Counted from the first letter of the stretch, positions 27,997 through 38,962 are shown. The stretch is 64,000 bases of DNA from Candidatus Campbellbacteria bacterium GW2011_OD1_34_28 (GCA_001029775.1 CP011215.1:123187-187186), one strand, 5' to 3'. Notes: generated by a model not told the origin, from the letters alone. A program made the numbers and translations.

Positions 27997-28767
27997 TTAT
28001 ATCTTGTTAGCGATTTTTAGTATCAGACCAAAGTCTTCTATATCCAAACTTGCCTTTCCGACAAGCAGTCCGTCAATCTGTCCATTCACAAAAATATCTT
28101 CTGCATTTTTTGGATTAACCGATCCTCCGTACAAAATTTTTGGCAAACTTGTATTTATTCCATATTTGTCAGACAAAACTTTTTTTATAAAAATTGTCAT
28201 CTCATGCACCTCTGCCGAAGACATTGACTGCCCTCCGCTATTTCCACTAATTGCCCAAACAGGTTCATAAACAATCAAAATATTTTTTAAATCACTTTTA
28301 CCTACCTTTTCTAAACCACTCAACAATTGATCTTTGATAAAAGGAAAATACCAACCGTGTTCATCTCTTTCTTTTTCTCCTACACACAAAACAACATTTA
28401 ATCCTGTCTTCAAAGACATCCTAACTTTGTTATTGATAAATTCATCTGTTTCTCCAAGAGCGCGTCTTTCCGAGTGTCCTAAAATAACAAACGTCACTCC
28501 GTTTTTCTTTAACATTTCTGGTGAAATCATTCCTGTGAAAGACCCTTTGTTTTTGCTGAAAGCATCTTGTGCACCGACTGAGATTTTATTTTCTTTACAC
28601 AGGGGTGCAAAGTCGTCCAAATAAATAAAAGGAGGGCACACAACTGTTTTTACATTGGAAAGTTTTATCGCGGTTCTTTTTATTCCAGTAAAAACTTTTT
28701 TTGCCTCTTTCAAATTTGTTGGATTCATTTTCCAATTGGCAATAATAATTTTTTTTATTTTTGACAT
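27997..28767 (-). CDS. tpiA: Triosephosphate isomerase.
   Basis: IANWKMN, GAQDAF, ILGHSERR, YEPVWAIS and GGSVNPKNA motifs. The start is trimmed to MSKIKK; the 5' extension in the ORF track is rejected. Confidence 0.85.
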   Translation of the reverse strand: MSKIKKIIIANWKMNPTNLKEAKKVFTGIKRTAIKLSNVKTVVCPPFIYLDDFAPLCKENKISVGAQDAFSKNKGSFTGMISPEMLKKNGVTFVILGHSERRALGETDEFINNKVRMSLKTGLNVVLCVGEKERDEHGWYFPFIKDQLLSGLEKVGKSDLKNILIVYEPVWAISGNSGGQSMSSAEVHEMTIFIKKVLSDKYGINTSLPKILYGGSVNPKNAEDIFVNGQIDGLLVGKASLDIEDFGLILKIANKI

Positions 28768-28916
28768 ACTATAAGTATATAGGATTAAGGAATAAGGAGT
28801 AAGTGTGCGATGTTGAAAAAACAAGGATAAATTACGGTCTCTACTTATCCCTTACTCCTTACCCCTTGAGAAATTGAATAAAACAAAAAAGGGCTTTTTA
28901 AAAGCCCTTTTTTGTT

Positions 28917-30818
28917 TTATTCAATTTCTCGCCATGATTCTATCCCCCAACTACCACTCGGTCCCGAAGAAAAATTCATATTAGTTAGTCCCTGTTCGTA
29001 ATTTAAAATAATATTGTTTTTCAAATTCAATTGATCTCCAACCAAAGCCGTAATTGAAACATTGTTTGTCATTTCAATAATTCCGTAAGGAGCAACGAGA
29101 ATATCTGCATGAACATTATTACTTACATTAATTGCCGACACATCACTATTGCAGGTAGTAAATCCGTAATACTTGTCGCACCTTGCCAAGGACATCAACA
29201 TCAAATGCCCCGATCCTGATCTGGGATAATTCAAATCAACATTGTTATACAAATCAATCCAACCATCAGACAAAATTAAACCCGAACCGTTTGCTCCATA
29301 TCCAGCACCCAATTCAATGTTCGCGTCTCCATTTATTATTATATTTCCCAGCACATACAATGTCCCTCCTAAACTTACTGTTGTGTTTGATTCTATTATC
29401 AAATCCCCTCCAATTACTCCAGGACCGATTGTATCACCATCGTCCGCGGTTAAATCACCAGCTGTAATTGTTCCAAAACTAATCGCCTCATTTTTCCACG
29501 CTTCTATATTTGCTTCTGAAATAGGAGTTGGCAAATATGGAGGATCAACAGGAGGAGTGGTCGGAGAGTGGCTCGAACCACCAACATTACAATTTGTTTC
29601 AACATTATAATCCGCATCTCCATTTATAGTACAATTTGAGATACTGTTTGCGATTATATTTCCACCCACTGTCCCCCCAGAAAGAGAGTAAGTAAAAGCA
29701 TCTCCGCTAATTTGAGAATCTATTATGTTGTGTGCATAAGCATTAAATACTCCGCCCACACCATCTCCGACAATAACGGTATCTAATGTGCCAAGACCTT
29801 CTTCGTCAGTCGTCCACACTTTGAAATCAAGATCGCCTGCGACATTCACAAAAGCACTCTTTGTCCAATCGCTACTATACTTTGCTGAACCCAAAGAATA
29901 TCCCGCAGAAGTATCTATCCCCCACACATAGTAATTTGCGTCGTCTCTTGCCATATCAGCAACAATCCAATACAACTGATTTGCGTTAATTTCTGGATTG
30001 TTATTAAAACCAACATCAACATACGCATAATTTTCACTAATAAAACTTGAGAGGATTTCTCCTGTTGCTAAAATATTGTTTTTGTCGGGATTTCCACTTT
30101 TATCTTTTACTATTTTAATATTTAAATTTGCAGGCGAGCCAACCTTTTTTACATACAAAGAAATCTTTGACACTTGCAATTCACTTGTGGATGTTGCAAA
30201 ACTTTGTACGGCGTCTACTCGTTGCTGACCTCCCACATATCTACCAAAAGCAAAATCGTTATTTTGAACAATCCATTTCAAATTTGTCGTCGTTGCAGAA
30301 CGAGGTGCCACATAGACATCTCCTGCGATCATCACATTGCCAGCTCCTTCAATTGATCCATTTGAGTAAACTGATCCATTAATTCTGGTATTGTTTTCCA
30401 TTTCGATACCTCCTTGTCCTGTAAACAAACCGTAATTAAAGCTTACCCCACTTGTCACCTGAATCCTGCTTTTTATTTTTCTAATTTTATTATTTACATT
30501 TGCGGTCGTAACAACTTCTTTAACACCATTTCCCAAATCCGTCACGATTGTTCCTGCAGAACCATCATTCAGTAATATATTTTTTTGCCCAACAATATTT
30601 TCTCCGTTTTTTGTTCTATAGACGATATCTTCATTTCCACTTTCAGAAAGATAATAACTTTTTTTTGCCTCAAAAAGAATTCTGTTTGTTTTAAGTTGAC
30701 TAACAACAGGAGAAGAAATGATCATAATTAAAGAAGAGGAAACAAAGATAGCAAATAAAGCCACTAGTATAACAACTTGCCCCTCATTCTTTTTTCTCTT
30801 CAAGATTTTAGTAGTCAT
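28917..30818 (-). CDS. Large membrane-anchored, beta-helix-like (Gly/Asn/Thr-rich) protein co-oriented with the pilin genes; a putative pilus-associated adhesin or minor component.
   Basis: N-terminal TM (VVILVALFAIFVSSSLIMII), then 590 aa rich in G/N/T/S/D with repetitive GD..I.G.L stretches typical of parallel beta-helices. It lies immediately downstream of three prepilin genes. Confidence 0.5.
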   Translation of the reverse strand: MTTKILKRKKNEGQVVILVALFAIFVSSSLIMIISSPVVSQLKTNRILFEAKKSYYLSESGNEDIVYRTKNGENIVGQKNILLNDGSAGTIVTDLGNGVKEVVTTANVNNKIRKIKSRIQVTSGVSFNYGLFTGQGGIEMENNTRINGSVYSNGSIEGAGNVMIAGDVYVAPRSATTTNLKWIVQNNDFAFGRYVGGQQRVDAVQSFATSTSELQVSKISLYVKKVGSPANLNIKIVKDKSGNPDKNNILATGEILSSFISENYAYVDVGFNNNPEINANQLYWIVADMARDDANYYVWGIDTSAGYSLGSAKYSSDWTKSAFVNVAGDLDFKVWTTDEEGLGTLDTVIVGDGVGGVFNAYAHNIIDSQISGDAFTYSLSGGTVGGNIIANSISNCTINGDADYNVETNCNVGGSSHSPTTPPVDPPYLPTPISEANIEAWKNEAISFGTITAGDLTADDGDTIGPGVIGGDLIIESNTTVSLGGTLYVLGNIIINGDANIELGAGYGANGSGLILSDGWIDLYNNVDLNYPRSGSGHLMLMSLARCDKYYGFTTCNSDVSAINVSNNVHADILVAPYGIIEMTNNVSITALVGDQLNLKNNIILNYEQGLTNMNFSSGPSGSWGIESWREIE

Positions 30819-30841
30819 TATTTAAAATTTAAAATTCGTTT

Positions 30842-31384
30842 CTAATATATTTCTCTCATTACAACTGAATTATAAAAAGTCTCATTTCTTACGACGTCCT
30901 TTCTTTGAGAGGATAAATCTATTTCTATTTTAATCAATTTTGAAACACCCGTATCAACAAGATTTAAATAAAATTTGTCTACAGAAACACCTGGCAAATT
31001 GAGAGTGACTATATCAGCACCTTCCATCATTTTTAAATTGCCATCTTCCAAGAAAAATTTTTTCTCAGAAAAATTACCTGCGTCATCAACAACACTCAAA
31101 ACCAATGCCCCTAAGTCGCTATTAAAAACATTTCCAGAAACAGCCAACCCTCTGGACCATTTTGTTTCAACAACAACTCTTTCTAAAATACCAGAAGCAG
31201 TCTGATTAATTCTCTGCGACATTTTTATGTTGGAATAAGAATCAAACATCATCAGAGTTGTGTTTATCACAATGAACAAAACCAAAACTAAAACACCAAT
31301 GTAAATAAGAGTCTCTAAAAGAGAGAAGCCTTTCATTAATTTATTGTTCTTGATCAAATTTCTCTTAAACATAAATTTACTCAA
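30842..31384 (-). CDS. Prepilin-type N-terminal cleavage/methylation domain protein (pseudopilin or minor pilin).
   Basis: KGFSLLETLIYIGVLVLVLFIV matches G-F-[ST]-L-[IL]-E with a downstream hydrophobic helix. The start may be the internal MKGFSLLE. Confidence 0.7.
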   Translation of the reverse strand: MSKFMFKRNLIKNNKLMKGFSLLETLIYIGVLVLVLFIVINTTLMMFDSYSNIKMSQRINQTASGILERVVVETKWSRGLAVSGNVFNSDLGALVLSVVDDAGNFSEKKFFLEDGNLKMMEGADIVTLNLPGVSVDKFYLNLVDTGVSKLIKIEIDLSSQRKDVVRNETFYNSVVMREIY

Positions 31385-31853
31385 ACAAATTCGTCAAATA
31401 AAAATCAACGGTCTGTGTGGTTGTCGCTCCTGCTACAAATGTAGAGACAAAAGCACTCACTTTTCTTGTCCCATCATCCAAAGTTCCAGAGACGGCAATA
31501 TCTCCTCCCGCATCACGATAGACATCATCCAAAATAAAATACCTTTCAAATCTATTATCAATATAAATATTTGTTGTAGTGGCTTTCCAAATACCCCCCT
31601 CAAAAATTATTGAGTAATTAGTACTGGTTGCTAAATCATAAAAATTTGTCCAACTGGCATCCCTCAGAGATCTGACAACCTCTACCTCTTCTTCTAGTAA
31701 ATAATTTATTTTTGTAACATCCATATTTTTAACTGCCACTCTAATGAAAAAATTATAGGCAGTAACAACAGAAAAAAAAGAAACAGAAATAATTGACAAG
31801 CCAACCACAATTTCTATAAGACCAGCCCCTTTTTTGTTTTTAAAATTTATCAT
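31377..31853 (-). CDS. Prepilin-type N-terminal cleavage/methylation domain protein.
   Basis: KGAGLIEIVVGLSIISVSFF prepilin leader and helix. Confidence 0.65.
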   Translation of the reverse strand: MINFKNKKGAGLIEIVVGLSIISVSFFSVVTAYNFFIRVAVKNMDVTKINYLLEEEVEVVRSLRDASWTNFYDLATSTNYSIIFEGGIWKATTTNIYIDNRFERYFILDDVYRDAGGDIAVSGTLDDGTRKVSAFVSTFVAGATTTQTVDFYLTNLFE

Positions 31854-31857
31854 CTAA

Positions 31858-32328
31858 TTAATAGTTAGAAAAAATTGTTCCAATAGGAAAAACTGTTATT
31901 ATTTTGAATCTAACAGGATTATCAACCAAAGAAAATTTTAATGTTCCGCTTGTAACAGTATCGCCTGTAATTCTGTTAAAAACAACATCATTTCCACCTC
32001 CTACTAAAAATAATTCTGTTATTCTAACACCGTCACCAAACACAATTGTTTTATTATCGGGATCTGATTCAGAATAAAAACTTCCCACAAAAAAAGTTGC
32101 ACTATCTGTCTCAAAATGAACACCATAATTAGAAGCATCAGTGGAAGCTTGTGAATTTGTTCTTGCTAACTGAAGCATCTTTTCTACATCTTCAACGACA
32201 CGATTAAGGGCTTGTCTGTCTCTAACTGCTTCAAAAGGCTTTATTCCGAAAATAAAAAGCAATAAAATTATACCGATAGCAAAAAGGGTTTCTAATAAAG
32301 TTATTCCTCTTTTATCTTTTTTAAACAT
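31858..32328 (-). CDS. Type IV pilin / pseudopilin.
   Basis: KRGITLLETLFAIGIILLLFIFG is a canonical G-[FI]-T-L-L-E prepilin signature. Confidence 0.75.
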   Translation of the reverse strand: MFKKDKRGITLLETLFAIGIILLLFIFGIKPFEAVRDRQALNRVVEDVEKMLQLARTNSQASTDASNYGVHFETDSATFFVGSFYSESDPDNKTIVFGDGVRITELFLVGGGNDVVFNRITGDTVTSGTLKFSLVDNPVRFKIITVFPIGTIFSNY

Positions 32329-32375
32329 AATATATTCCTTATCACCTCTTACTACTTACACCTTATCCCTTAATC

Positions 32376-33590
32376 CTATATATTTCCCATTATAGAATAC
32401 ATCGGAGTAATCATTGATACCGCAAAAAATCCAACAGCCGCTCCAATAAATACCATCAGTATTGGCTCAATGATTGTAGAAAGATTTTTTGTTTTTTGAT
32501 CTACTTCTTCTTCATAAAAATCGGCAAGGCTTGATAACATATCTGGCAACTTTCCTGTTTCTTCCCCCACTTCAATCATGGCACTAACTACGGGCGGATA
32601 AAGTTTTTCATTTTTTGTAAACAATTCAGCCAAAGGATCTCCTTTTTGAATATTTATTTTTGCTTGATCCATAATTTTTTTATAATGACTATTTTGCAAA
32701 ACATCTTTTGTAATATCAAAAGATGAAAGAACATCTACTCCAGAAGAAAGAAGCGAAGAAAGAGTTCTCGCTGTTCTGGCAGAGTTAACCTCGACTGCGA
32801 TTGTCGACACAAAAGGTATTTTCAAAACAAGAGTGTCAATAAGTTTTCTTCCCCTTTCTGTTTTAAAACCTAAAACTATTCCGACAATAGCGATTATGCC
32901 CATTAAGACAAACAGTAATGGGTTGCCTCTTATAAAATCACTGGCGCCAATAATAATTCTCGTACTCATTGGAAGTTCAGTATTTAAATCCGCGAATGTC
33001 TCTTGTAGCCCCGGAACAATAAATACCAACATCAGTACTCCGACAGAAATCATAACAAATGTAATTATTGCGGGGTAAATCAATGCCCCTCTCACTTTCT
33101 TTGCCAGTTTATTACTGTTTTCCATCTGTTTCGAAACAATATGCAAAGAATCAGAAATCCTTCCACTTTCTTCCCCTGCCCTAACCATAGCGATAAACAA
33201 CGGTGAAAAAATATTTGGATATTTTTTTAATGATTCATTGATCGCATTTCCTTTTTTTATCTCTTCATTGATATCTATGATTGCATTTTTAAATTTTCGA
33301 TTTTTAAACTGCTTTTCCAAAGTACTCAATGCTTTTGAGATAGAAAGTCCTGCACCTATCATCGCACCCAAGTTTTTCGCAAACATTATTTTATCTTCAG
33401 CTTTTACTGTGCTAATAAGGGACATTTTTCTAAGCAAAAACATTATTGATTTTCCTTGTTGTTCAAAATCGACAACAACACCCCCTTGAGAGCGAACTTT
33501 TTTTGCCAAATCCTGTTCATCCTTTGCAAAAACAACCCCCTTATAGGTTTCTCCTGTTTCTCTTATTGCTTTGTAATTATAATCAGGCAC
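32376..33590 (-). CDS. pilC: Type IV pilus assembly platform protein PilC (GspF family).
   Basis: Two GspF repeats with conserved EESG..S and EVGEETGKL motifs and three TM regions; 404 aa. Confidence 0.85.
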   Translation of the reverse strand: MPDYNYKAIRETGETYKGVVFAKDEQDLAKKVRSQGGVVVDFEQQGKSIMFLLRKMSLISTVKAEDKIMFAKNLGAMIGAGLSISKALSTLEKQFKNRKFKNAIIDINEEIKKGNAINESLKKYPNIFSPLFIAMVRAGEESGRISDSLHIVSKQMENSNKLAKKVRGALIYPAIITFVMISVGVLMLVFIVPGLQETFADLNTELPMSTRIIIGASDFIRGNPLLFVLMGIIAIVGIVLGFKTERGRKLIDTLVLKIPFVSTIAVEVNSARTARTLSSLLSSGVDVLSSFDITKDVLQNSHYKKIMDQAKINIQKGDPLAELFTKNEKLYPPVVSAMIEVGEETGKLPDMLSSLADFYEEEVDQKTKNLSTIIEPILMVFIGAAVGFFAVSMITPMYSIMGNI

Positions 33591-33655
33591 GGTGGGAAAT
33601 TATAAATTTTAAATTATAAATTGTATTTTTGACTTTTGATTTTTAACTTTTGAAT

Positions 33656-35404
33656 TTACTCTGAAACCACCCTCAACACCTCTTCAATCGTCGTTACCCC
33701 CTGAACCGCTTTAAAAATTCCATCTTCAATCATTGTCATCATTCCCTCGTTTTTTGCTTGTTCTTCAATCTGGTCAGATGTTGCATTTTTCATAATCAAA
33801 TCTTTCAGAGGGGTACTCATATTCAAAATCTCATGGATACCAATTCTTCCACTATATCCGTCAGAGTCAGCATTTTTATTGTTTTTATAAAAAGCAATTT
33901 TTGCCCAATCATCTTTTGCATCGACGATACTTTCTTTTTTCAAAAAATAAAGTACTCTATCCAAATCAACAACTTTATTTAAAGAGACAATCTCTGATTT
34001 TGATAGGTAATATTTTTGACTATCTTGTGACAGACGACGCACAAGTCTTTGTGCAATAATAACATCAATTGTAGAAACTAAAAGAAACGGGTCAATTTTC
34101 ATATCAACCAATCTGGGAATTGCGCCAGCTGCCGAATTGGTGTGCAAAGTAGAAAGCACCAAGTGACCCGTCAAAGAAGCATTCACCGCAAGAGACGCAG
34201 TTTCGGTATCTCTAATTTCCCCCACCATTATAATATCTGGGTCCTGACGAACAAGAGCACGAAGTCCATTTGAAAATGTAAAACCAATATCAGGCTTTAC
34301 TTGTGTTTGGTTAACTCTCGGCATTTGATATTCTATTGGATCTTCAATCGTAGAAATATTAACACCAGGTACATTTAAATTGTCCAACAATGTATAAAGA
34401 GTTGTGGTTTTTCCAGAACCTGTCGGACCTGTTGTAAGAAGCATTCCTGTTTTACGTTTCATGGCATTGTATATTCTTTCCAACCCTTCTCCGTGGAAGC
34501 CAAGACTTTCCAAGGTAAAGCCCGAAGCTCCTTCTTTCAGCAACCTCATAACTGTTTTTTCTCCGTAATAAACAGGTAAAACGGAAACTCTAAAAGAAAC
34601 TTTTTGCTCGTCAACTTCTACTTTAAATCTACCATCTTGTGGCAATCTTTTTTCATCCAGTTTTAAATTGGAAAGCACTTTTATTCTAGCGGTGATACTG
34701 GCTGTTGCGTTTTTTGGCAAAATCATTGCGTCATGCAAAATACCATCTATTCTGTAACGAATAAGTAATTTGTCTTCCATCGGTTCTATATGAATATCTG
34801 ATGCGTCTTGAATAATCGCGTGTTTCAAAAGAGTATCGACGATACGAATAACTGGCAAATCTTCGGCGATCTTTTTCAAATCTTCTTTTGAAATATTTTC
34901 TGTTTCAACTTCTGAAATTTGTTTCAGAGACTGAGATTGTTTTTGGATCAAATCTCCAAATTCTGCTTTTAAAGATTTTTGATATTGTAACAGAGCACTT
35001 TTTATTGATGCCGTACCGGTCAAACGAGGAGAAATTTTTAAATTTACTTTCTTTTTTATAAAGTTGATAGCTTCAAGATCGTCAACATCAAGCATCGCAA
35101 CCTCCAAATCTTTATCACTTTTTTTGAAAGCAATAATATTGTGCTTTCTGGCAATCGGTTCCGGTATAATAGACAAAACATCAAAATCAATTTTTTGATC
35201 TGACAAATCAACAAAAGGAATACCAATAATATGGGCCTGAATTCTGCGCATTTCATCCTCTGTCAATTTTCCTTCGTTAAGCAAAATTTCACCAAGACTG
35301 ACATTTTCTTTTTCTGCTTTTGACAAAGCCTTTTCCAAATCTGTTTTAGAAATAAGTCCGGAGTCTTTTATAAATTCACCTAATTGTTTTGAATCAATTC
35401 TCAT
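33656..35404 (-). CDS. pilB: Type IV pilus assembly ATPase PilB (GspE family) with an N-terminal GSPII_E_N domain.
   Basis: Walker A TGPTGSGKTTT, Asp box, His box (LVLSTLHTN), and a tetracysteine-less CPR-style C-terminus; 582 aa. Confidence 0.9.
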   Translation of the reverse strand: MRIDSKQLGEFIKDSGLISKTDLEKALSKAEKENVSLGEILLNEGKLTEDEMRRIQAHIIGIPFVDLSDQKIDFDVLSIIPEPIARKHNIIAFKKSDKDLEVAMLDVDDLEAINFIKKKVNLKISPRLTGTASIKSALLQYQKSLKAEFGDLIQKQSQSLKQISEVETENISKEDLKKIAEDLPVIRIVDTLLKHAIIQDASDIHIEPMEDKLLIRYRIDGILHDAMILPKNATASITARIKVLSNLKLDEKRLPQDGRFKVEVDEQKVSFRVSVLPVYYGEKTVMRLLKEGASGFTLESLGFHGEGLERIYNAMKRKTGMLLTTGPTGSGKTTTLYTLLDNLNVPGVNISTIEDPIEYQMPRVNQTQVKPDIGFTFSNGLRALVRQDPDIIMVGEIRDTETASLAVNASLTGHLVLSTLHTNSAAGAIPRLVDMKIDPFLLVSTIDVIIAQRLVRRLSQDSQKYYLSKSEIVSLNKVVDLDRVLYFLKKESIVDAKDDWAKIAFYKNNKNADSDGYSGRIGIHEILNMSTPLKDLIMKNATSDQIEEQAKNEGMMTMIEDGIFKAVQGVTTIEEVLRVVSE

Positions 35405-35504
35405 TACCTCTATTTTATCACACAGAAAAAAAAGTTTATGAACATATACACAAAAAGAGCCAAATTTCTTTAAAAAGAAATTTGGCTCTTTTATCTTAAC
35501 TTTT

Positions 35505-38500
35505 CTAAAACTCTATTACCCGTGAATCACAATCTGCCGGACAGCTCAAAAAGTTTTCGTTTGCATCGCAAGTTGTGTTTCCACAACAATCCGCAAAACA
35601 ACTTCCTATCTCACCTGGAGAACAAATATCGTCTCCACAACCACTAGTCAAATGTTCGGCCGTACAAGTGTCAGTAGACAAAGTCCCCTGACAATTCCAA
35701 GTAGCACTATTTCCGGCAGTAGGGAAAGCGGGAGTAAGATTTTTTATTCCTCCCAAACACCAACCATTGGATGGGTCTTGCCAATTTGTTTCTTCCAACA
35801 AATAATCTCTTTCATTTACTCCGCAATCCCCGTCTCCGGTTGGAATAGCTGAACGAGTTGCTGAACAACTTGCAGATCCTAGGCCCATTTGACACGCCCA
35901 ATTTGAAACACCACCTCTAGCTGGGAAAGACACGGGGTTTGGATTTGGATTAAATGCTGTAGTCTCTATTAAACACCAATTTCCAGCAGGCCATGACAAA
36001 GTCTCGTAAGAAAATGCTCTTGCCAAAGTTCCACAGTCAACATCACAGGTTCCTGGCATACATCCGCCCGGACCTTGGCGGTTAGCTGTACAAGTAACAG
36101 AGTCTCCTCCGTTCACACAAGACCACGAAGCTGTAGAATTCATTACAGGGAAACTTGTCGGCGTACCACTTCCGGTTCCAAACTGACACCAAGTGCTTCC
36201 TGTTGGCCATGCGGTTTCTGTTGAAAGATAAGTTCCTGCTCGATAAGTGTCTCTAGTTCCGCAACCAACAGTTGGAGGAGTATCTCTATAAGCAGAACAA
36301 TTTGCTATTGATTCATAAAAATTACATTTCCACGTTACCATCTCTCCCTGATCGGGGAATTTCGCTGATGGAGAAAAAGTTTCTTCCGTTCCGTTGTCAC
36401 ACCATGTGCTTCCAACGGGATAATCTGTTGTTGAATAAGTATATGTTCCGTCTTTAGTTCCACACTCACCTTCTCCAACAGGAAGTGCCGCACGAGAAGC
36501 CGAACAACTTGCGTTCGTTGCTCCGGTACCAGAACCATTACAACTCCAAGAAACAGTTTGTCCATAATTAGGAAATAACGGAGAAGCAGAATTTGTTCCC
36601 GTCGTACAATAAGCAGATCCTGCTGGCCATGCTGTTGTCGTTATAGGATAAGGAGGAGCAACAGTCGTCGAATAATTGTCTGATCTATTTCCGCAAGATC
36701 CATTTAAAGGAAGTCTGGAAGCAGAACAACTTGCATTTGTTCCGCCGTTTATTCCAACACATGTCCAGGAAACACTGGCCCCCAAACCTGGAAAAGCGGG
36801 GCTAGTGCTGTTTGTTCCAAGTGAACAATATGCAGTAGATGCTGGCCAAGCGGTTGTCGTCGCAGGATAAGGGGGAGCAACAGTCGTCGAATAATTGTCT
36901 GATCTGTTTCCGCAAGTAGCATTTGTTGTTTGTAATACTTTTAAATATTTGACCAGAGAACTATTTGTAGCTGCCATTTGATAACAAGGACAAAGAGTTC
37001 CGTTTGAAGCAGCTACTTGTTTTGCAAAATCATTAGGTATTGCTACAAAAGAAGTGGTATGAGTACACGCCAGACAAACATATGATCCAGAAGAGAGTGT
37101 CTGAAAATCATAGCTGTCGCCGTAATACCTTGCAAACAAACCAGAATAAGTCACAGTATGATTTCCGACAGTCCTTGGTCCGAAATTTTTAGTTGTATAA
37201 GCGGTTGACCTCAAAACCCACAAGTGAATAGCAACAGCGGCATTTGGGTTTTGGGTATTTATAATAATATATTGCCAATTATTTGCATCTATCTTTACCG
37301 CACCCTGCATATAACTGATGCTGTTATTACAGACATTCCATGTCAGTTTCATAGAGGCTTGTACATCATCTATAGAATAATAAACATAACGACTGTCAGC
37401 ACTATCATAAGAACGATATCCTGTCATATCATAGACAATCGTAACTGTATCAGTAAGAAAAGAACCCCCAGGATTCCACGAAACTGTAGTTGCTTCTACG
37501 CTATTTCCGCCAAAAAAGATTCCGAACCCTAATAAAAAAACTGCCATAAAAAATTTTACGCCAATTTTTTTTAAATAAATAGCAATTCCAGCAAGGACAA
37601 TAACACCAATTAAAACATAGATTGCCCAGCCAAAAGATTTGTCTTCTTTTGTCTCAACATAAAAAATATTTTCATCCAAAACATTTCCTTCTGCATTCTT
37701 AACCTGAGCCTTGATTACAGGATTTTTACAATCCCTCAAAGAAACAATTTCCATATTTAACACACCACTATCGGCTTTGATTTCTTTTTCTCCACACAAT
37801 CTATCAAAAACACCTGTTGTGATAGAAACAAAAGCAAACAACTCTTGTTGTTGTTGATCTCGGACTCTGGCATCCAAAAAGTTTTGGGCACTTCCTGACA
37901 GAACAAAAGTAATATTTATTTTTTCGTCTTCTTTGTATGAATCCTTGTCCAAACTTACATTCTGAACAGTTGCTGATTCTCCTCTTATAACAAAGTGCAG
38001 CGGAATCATATTAGATAAATTATTACCTAATTTATTTTGCAAAATTAAATCACCGTCGTATGCCTGAGGTTTTTCGGGCAAAGGAACATCCAATTCCAAT
38101 GTTTTTGTTTCTCCTGCAAGTAATTCAACTTCTGGAAACTTTTTTTCTTCAACTGACTGTCCAAAAGAACTCCTTTCTCTAATATTTATAACAGGAATAA
38201 AAGAAATTTTATTTTGAGAACTATTAACAATATCACATTCCATAACAGGACTTTCTGTCGATCTATCTATATCAATTCCCTGATTTACAGCGAACAATTC
38301 TTCTCCGATCTTCAATTTACAACTAAAAGGATTAATCAAAAGTCCTCCATCTCCATCAATATTTACCATGCCAAAAGAAACAAATCCATAATCAAGACCT
38401 TTTTCGTTTCCAGAGGATACAATTATTTCAAACTCTCCTTTCAAATTTGAAGGTGCTGTATATTTAATCTCTTTTACAATATCTTCCCCCGTATTTAGGC

Positions 38501-38831
38501 TAAATACATCCTCATAATATTGTTTATGAACTGGAAATCCATTTTTATCAACCAATTCAACAACATATTTTATCTGAGGCTGAACATCACCATGATTTAC
38601 AATATTAAAAGACAGGCCAAAATCATTTTTGTCTTGTCTTAAAATTTTTCCATCATACAAACTAATGTCAGCCAAAATGACAAATTGTCCACTTGAAACA
38701 TCTATTCCACTCTCTATCATCTGGTCAAGAACAAAGTCCGGAATTTCTACTGGTAATTCTTCTGCGTTAGTGACGAAAACAGAGGAAAAAAACATTAACA
38801 CGAACAAACAAAAAGAGACTATTTTTTTCAT
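35505..38831 (-). CDS. Giant surface protein P1 (1108 aa). Layout: signal peptide, an N-terminal domain of about 400 aa, a tight pair of TM helices (WAIYVLIGVIVLAGIAIYL-KKIGVK-FFMAVFLLGFGIFFGG), at least six copies of a roughly 60-aa four-Cys repeat, and a conserved C-terminal module CG.TTCDANENFLSCPADCDSRVIEF.
   Basis: Read from the ORF translation. The repeat consensus is CG.R...Y...ET.WP.GS.WC..GT....FP..G....W.C......C.A.R. Confidence 0.7.
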   Translation of the reverse strand: MKKIVSFCLFVLMFFSSVFVTNAEELPVEIPDFVLDQMIESGIDVSSGQFVILADISLYDGKILRQDKNDFGLSFNIVNHGDVQPQIKYVVELVDKNGFPVHKQYYEDVFSLNTGEDIVKEIKYTAPSNLKGEFEIIVSSGNEKGLDYGFVSFGMVNIDGDGGLLINPFSCKLKIGEELFAVNQGIDIDRSTESPVMECDIVNSSQNKISFIPVINIRERSSFGQSVEEKKFPEVELLAGETKTLELDVPLPEKPQAYDGDLILQNKLGNNLSNMIPLHFVIRGESATVQNVSLDKDSYKEDEKINITFVLSGSAQNFLDARVRDQQQQELFAFVSITTGVFDRLCGEKEIKADSGVLNMEIVSLRDCKNPVIKAQVKNAEGNVLDENIFYVETKEDKSFGWAIYVLIGVIVLAGIAIYLKKIGVKFFMAVFLLGFGIFFGGNSVEATTVSWNPGGSFLTDTVTIVYDMTGYRSYDSADSRYVYYSIDDVQASMKLTWNVCNNSISYMQGAVKIDANNWQYIIINTQNPNAAVAIHLWVLRSTAYTTKNFGPRTVGNHTVTYSGLFARYYGDSYDFQTLSSGSYVCLACTHTTSFVAIPNDFAKQVAASNGTLCPCYQMAATNSSLVKYLKVLQTTNATCGNRSDNYSTTVAPPYPATTTAWPASTAYCSLGTNSTSPAFPGLGASVSWTCVGINGGTNASCSASRLPLNGSCGNRSDNYSTTVAPPYPITTTAWPAGSAYCTTGTNSASPLFPNYGQTVSWSCNGSGTGATNASCSASRAALPVGEGECGTKDGTYTYSTTDYPVGSTWCDNGTEETFSPSAKFPDQGEMVTWKCNFYESIANCSAYRDTPPTVGCGTRDTYRAGTYLSTETAWPTGSTWCQFGTGSGTPTSFPVMNSTASWSCVNGGDSVTCTANRQGPGGCMPGTCDVDCGTLARAFSYETLSWPAGNWCLIETTAFNPNPNPVSFPARGGVSNWACQMGLGSASCSATRSAIPTGDGDCGVNERDYLLEETNWQDPSNGWCLGGIKNLTPAFPTAGNSATWNCQGTLSTDTCTAEHLTSGCGDDICSPGEIGSCFADCCGNTTCDANENFLSCPADCDSRVIEF

Positions 38832-38962
38832 AATATTATTAATATTCAGTTTATCTTTATAATAATTAATACTAACACCTCGTAAATAAAAAAAATATAA
38901 GCACTGTGAACAACTAAAAAGAGCGGGTTTCCTTACGGAAACCCGCTCTTTTTTAAAACTTG

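Noticed and set aside
36272-37532. Short ORFs on both strands within the P1 gene (36272-36457 +, 36335-36565 -, 36676-36870 +, 37224-37532 +), and similar ones in P2 (39061-39969)
   Set aside because: They lie inside the long repeat-containing surface-protein genes; the in-frame four-Cys repeat periodicity supports the long minus-strand frames.
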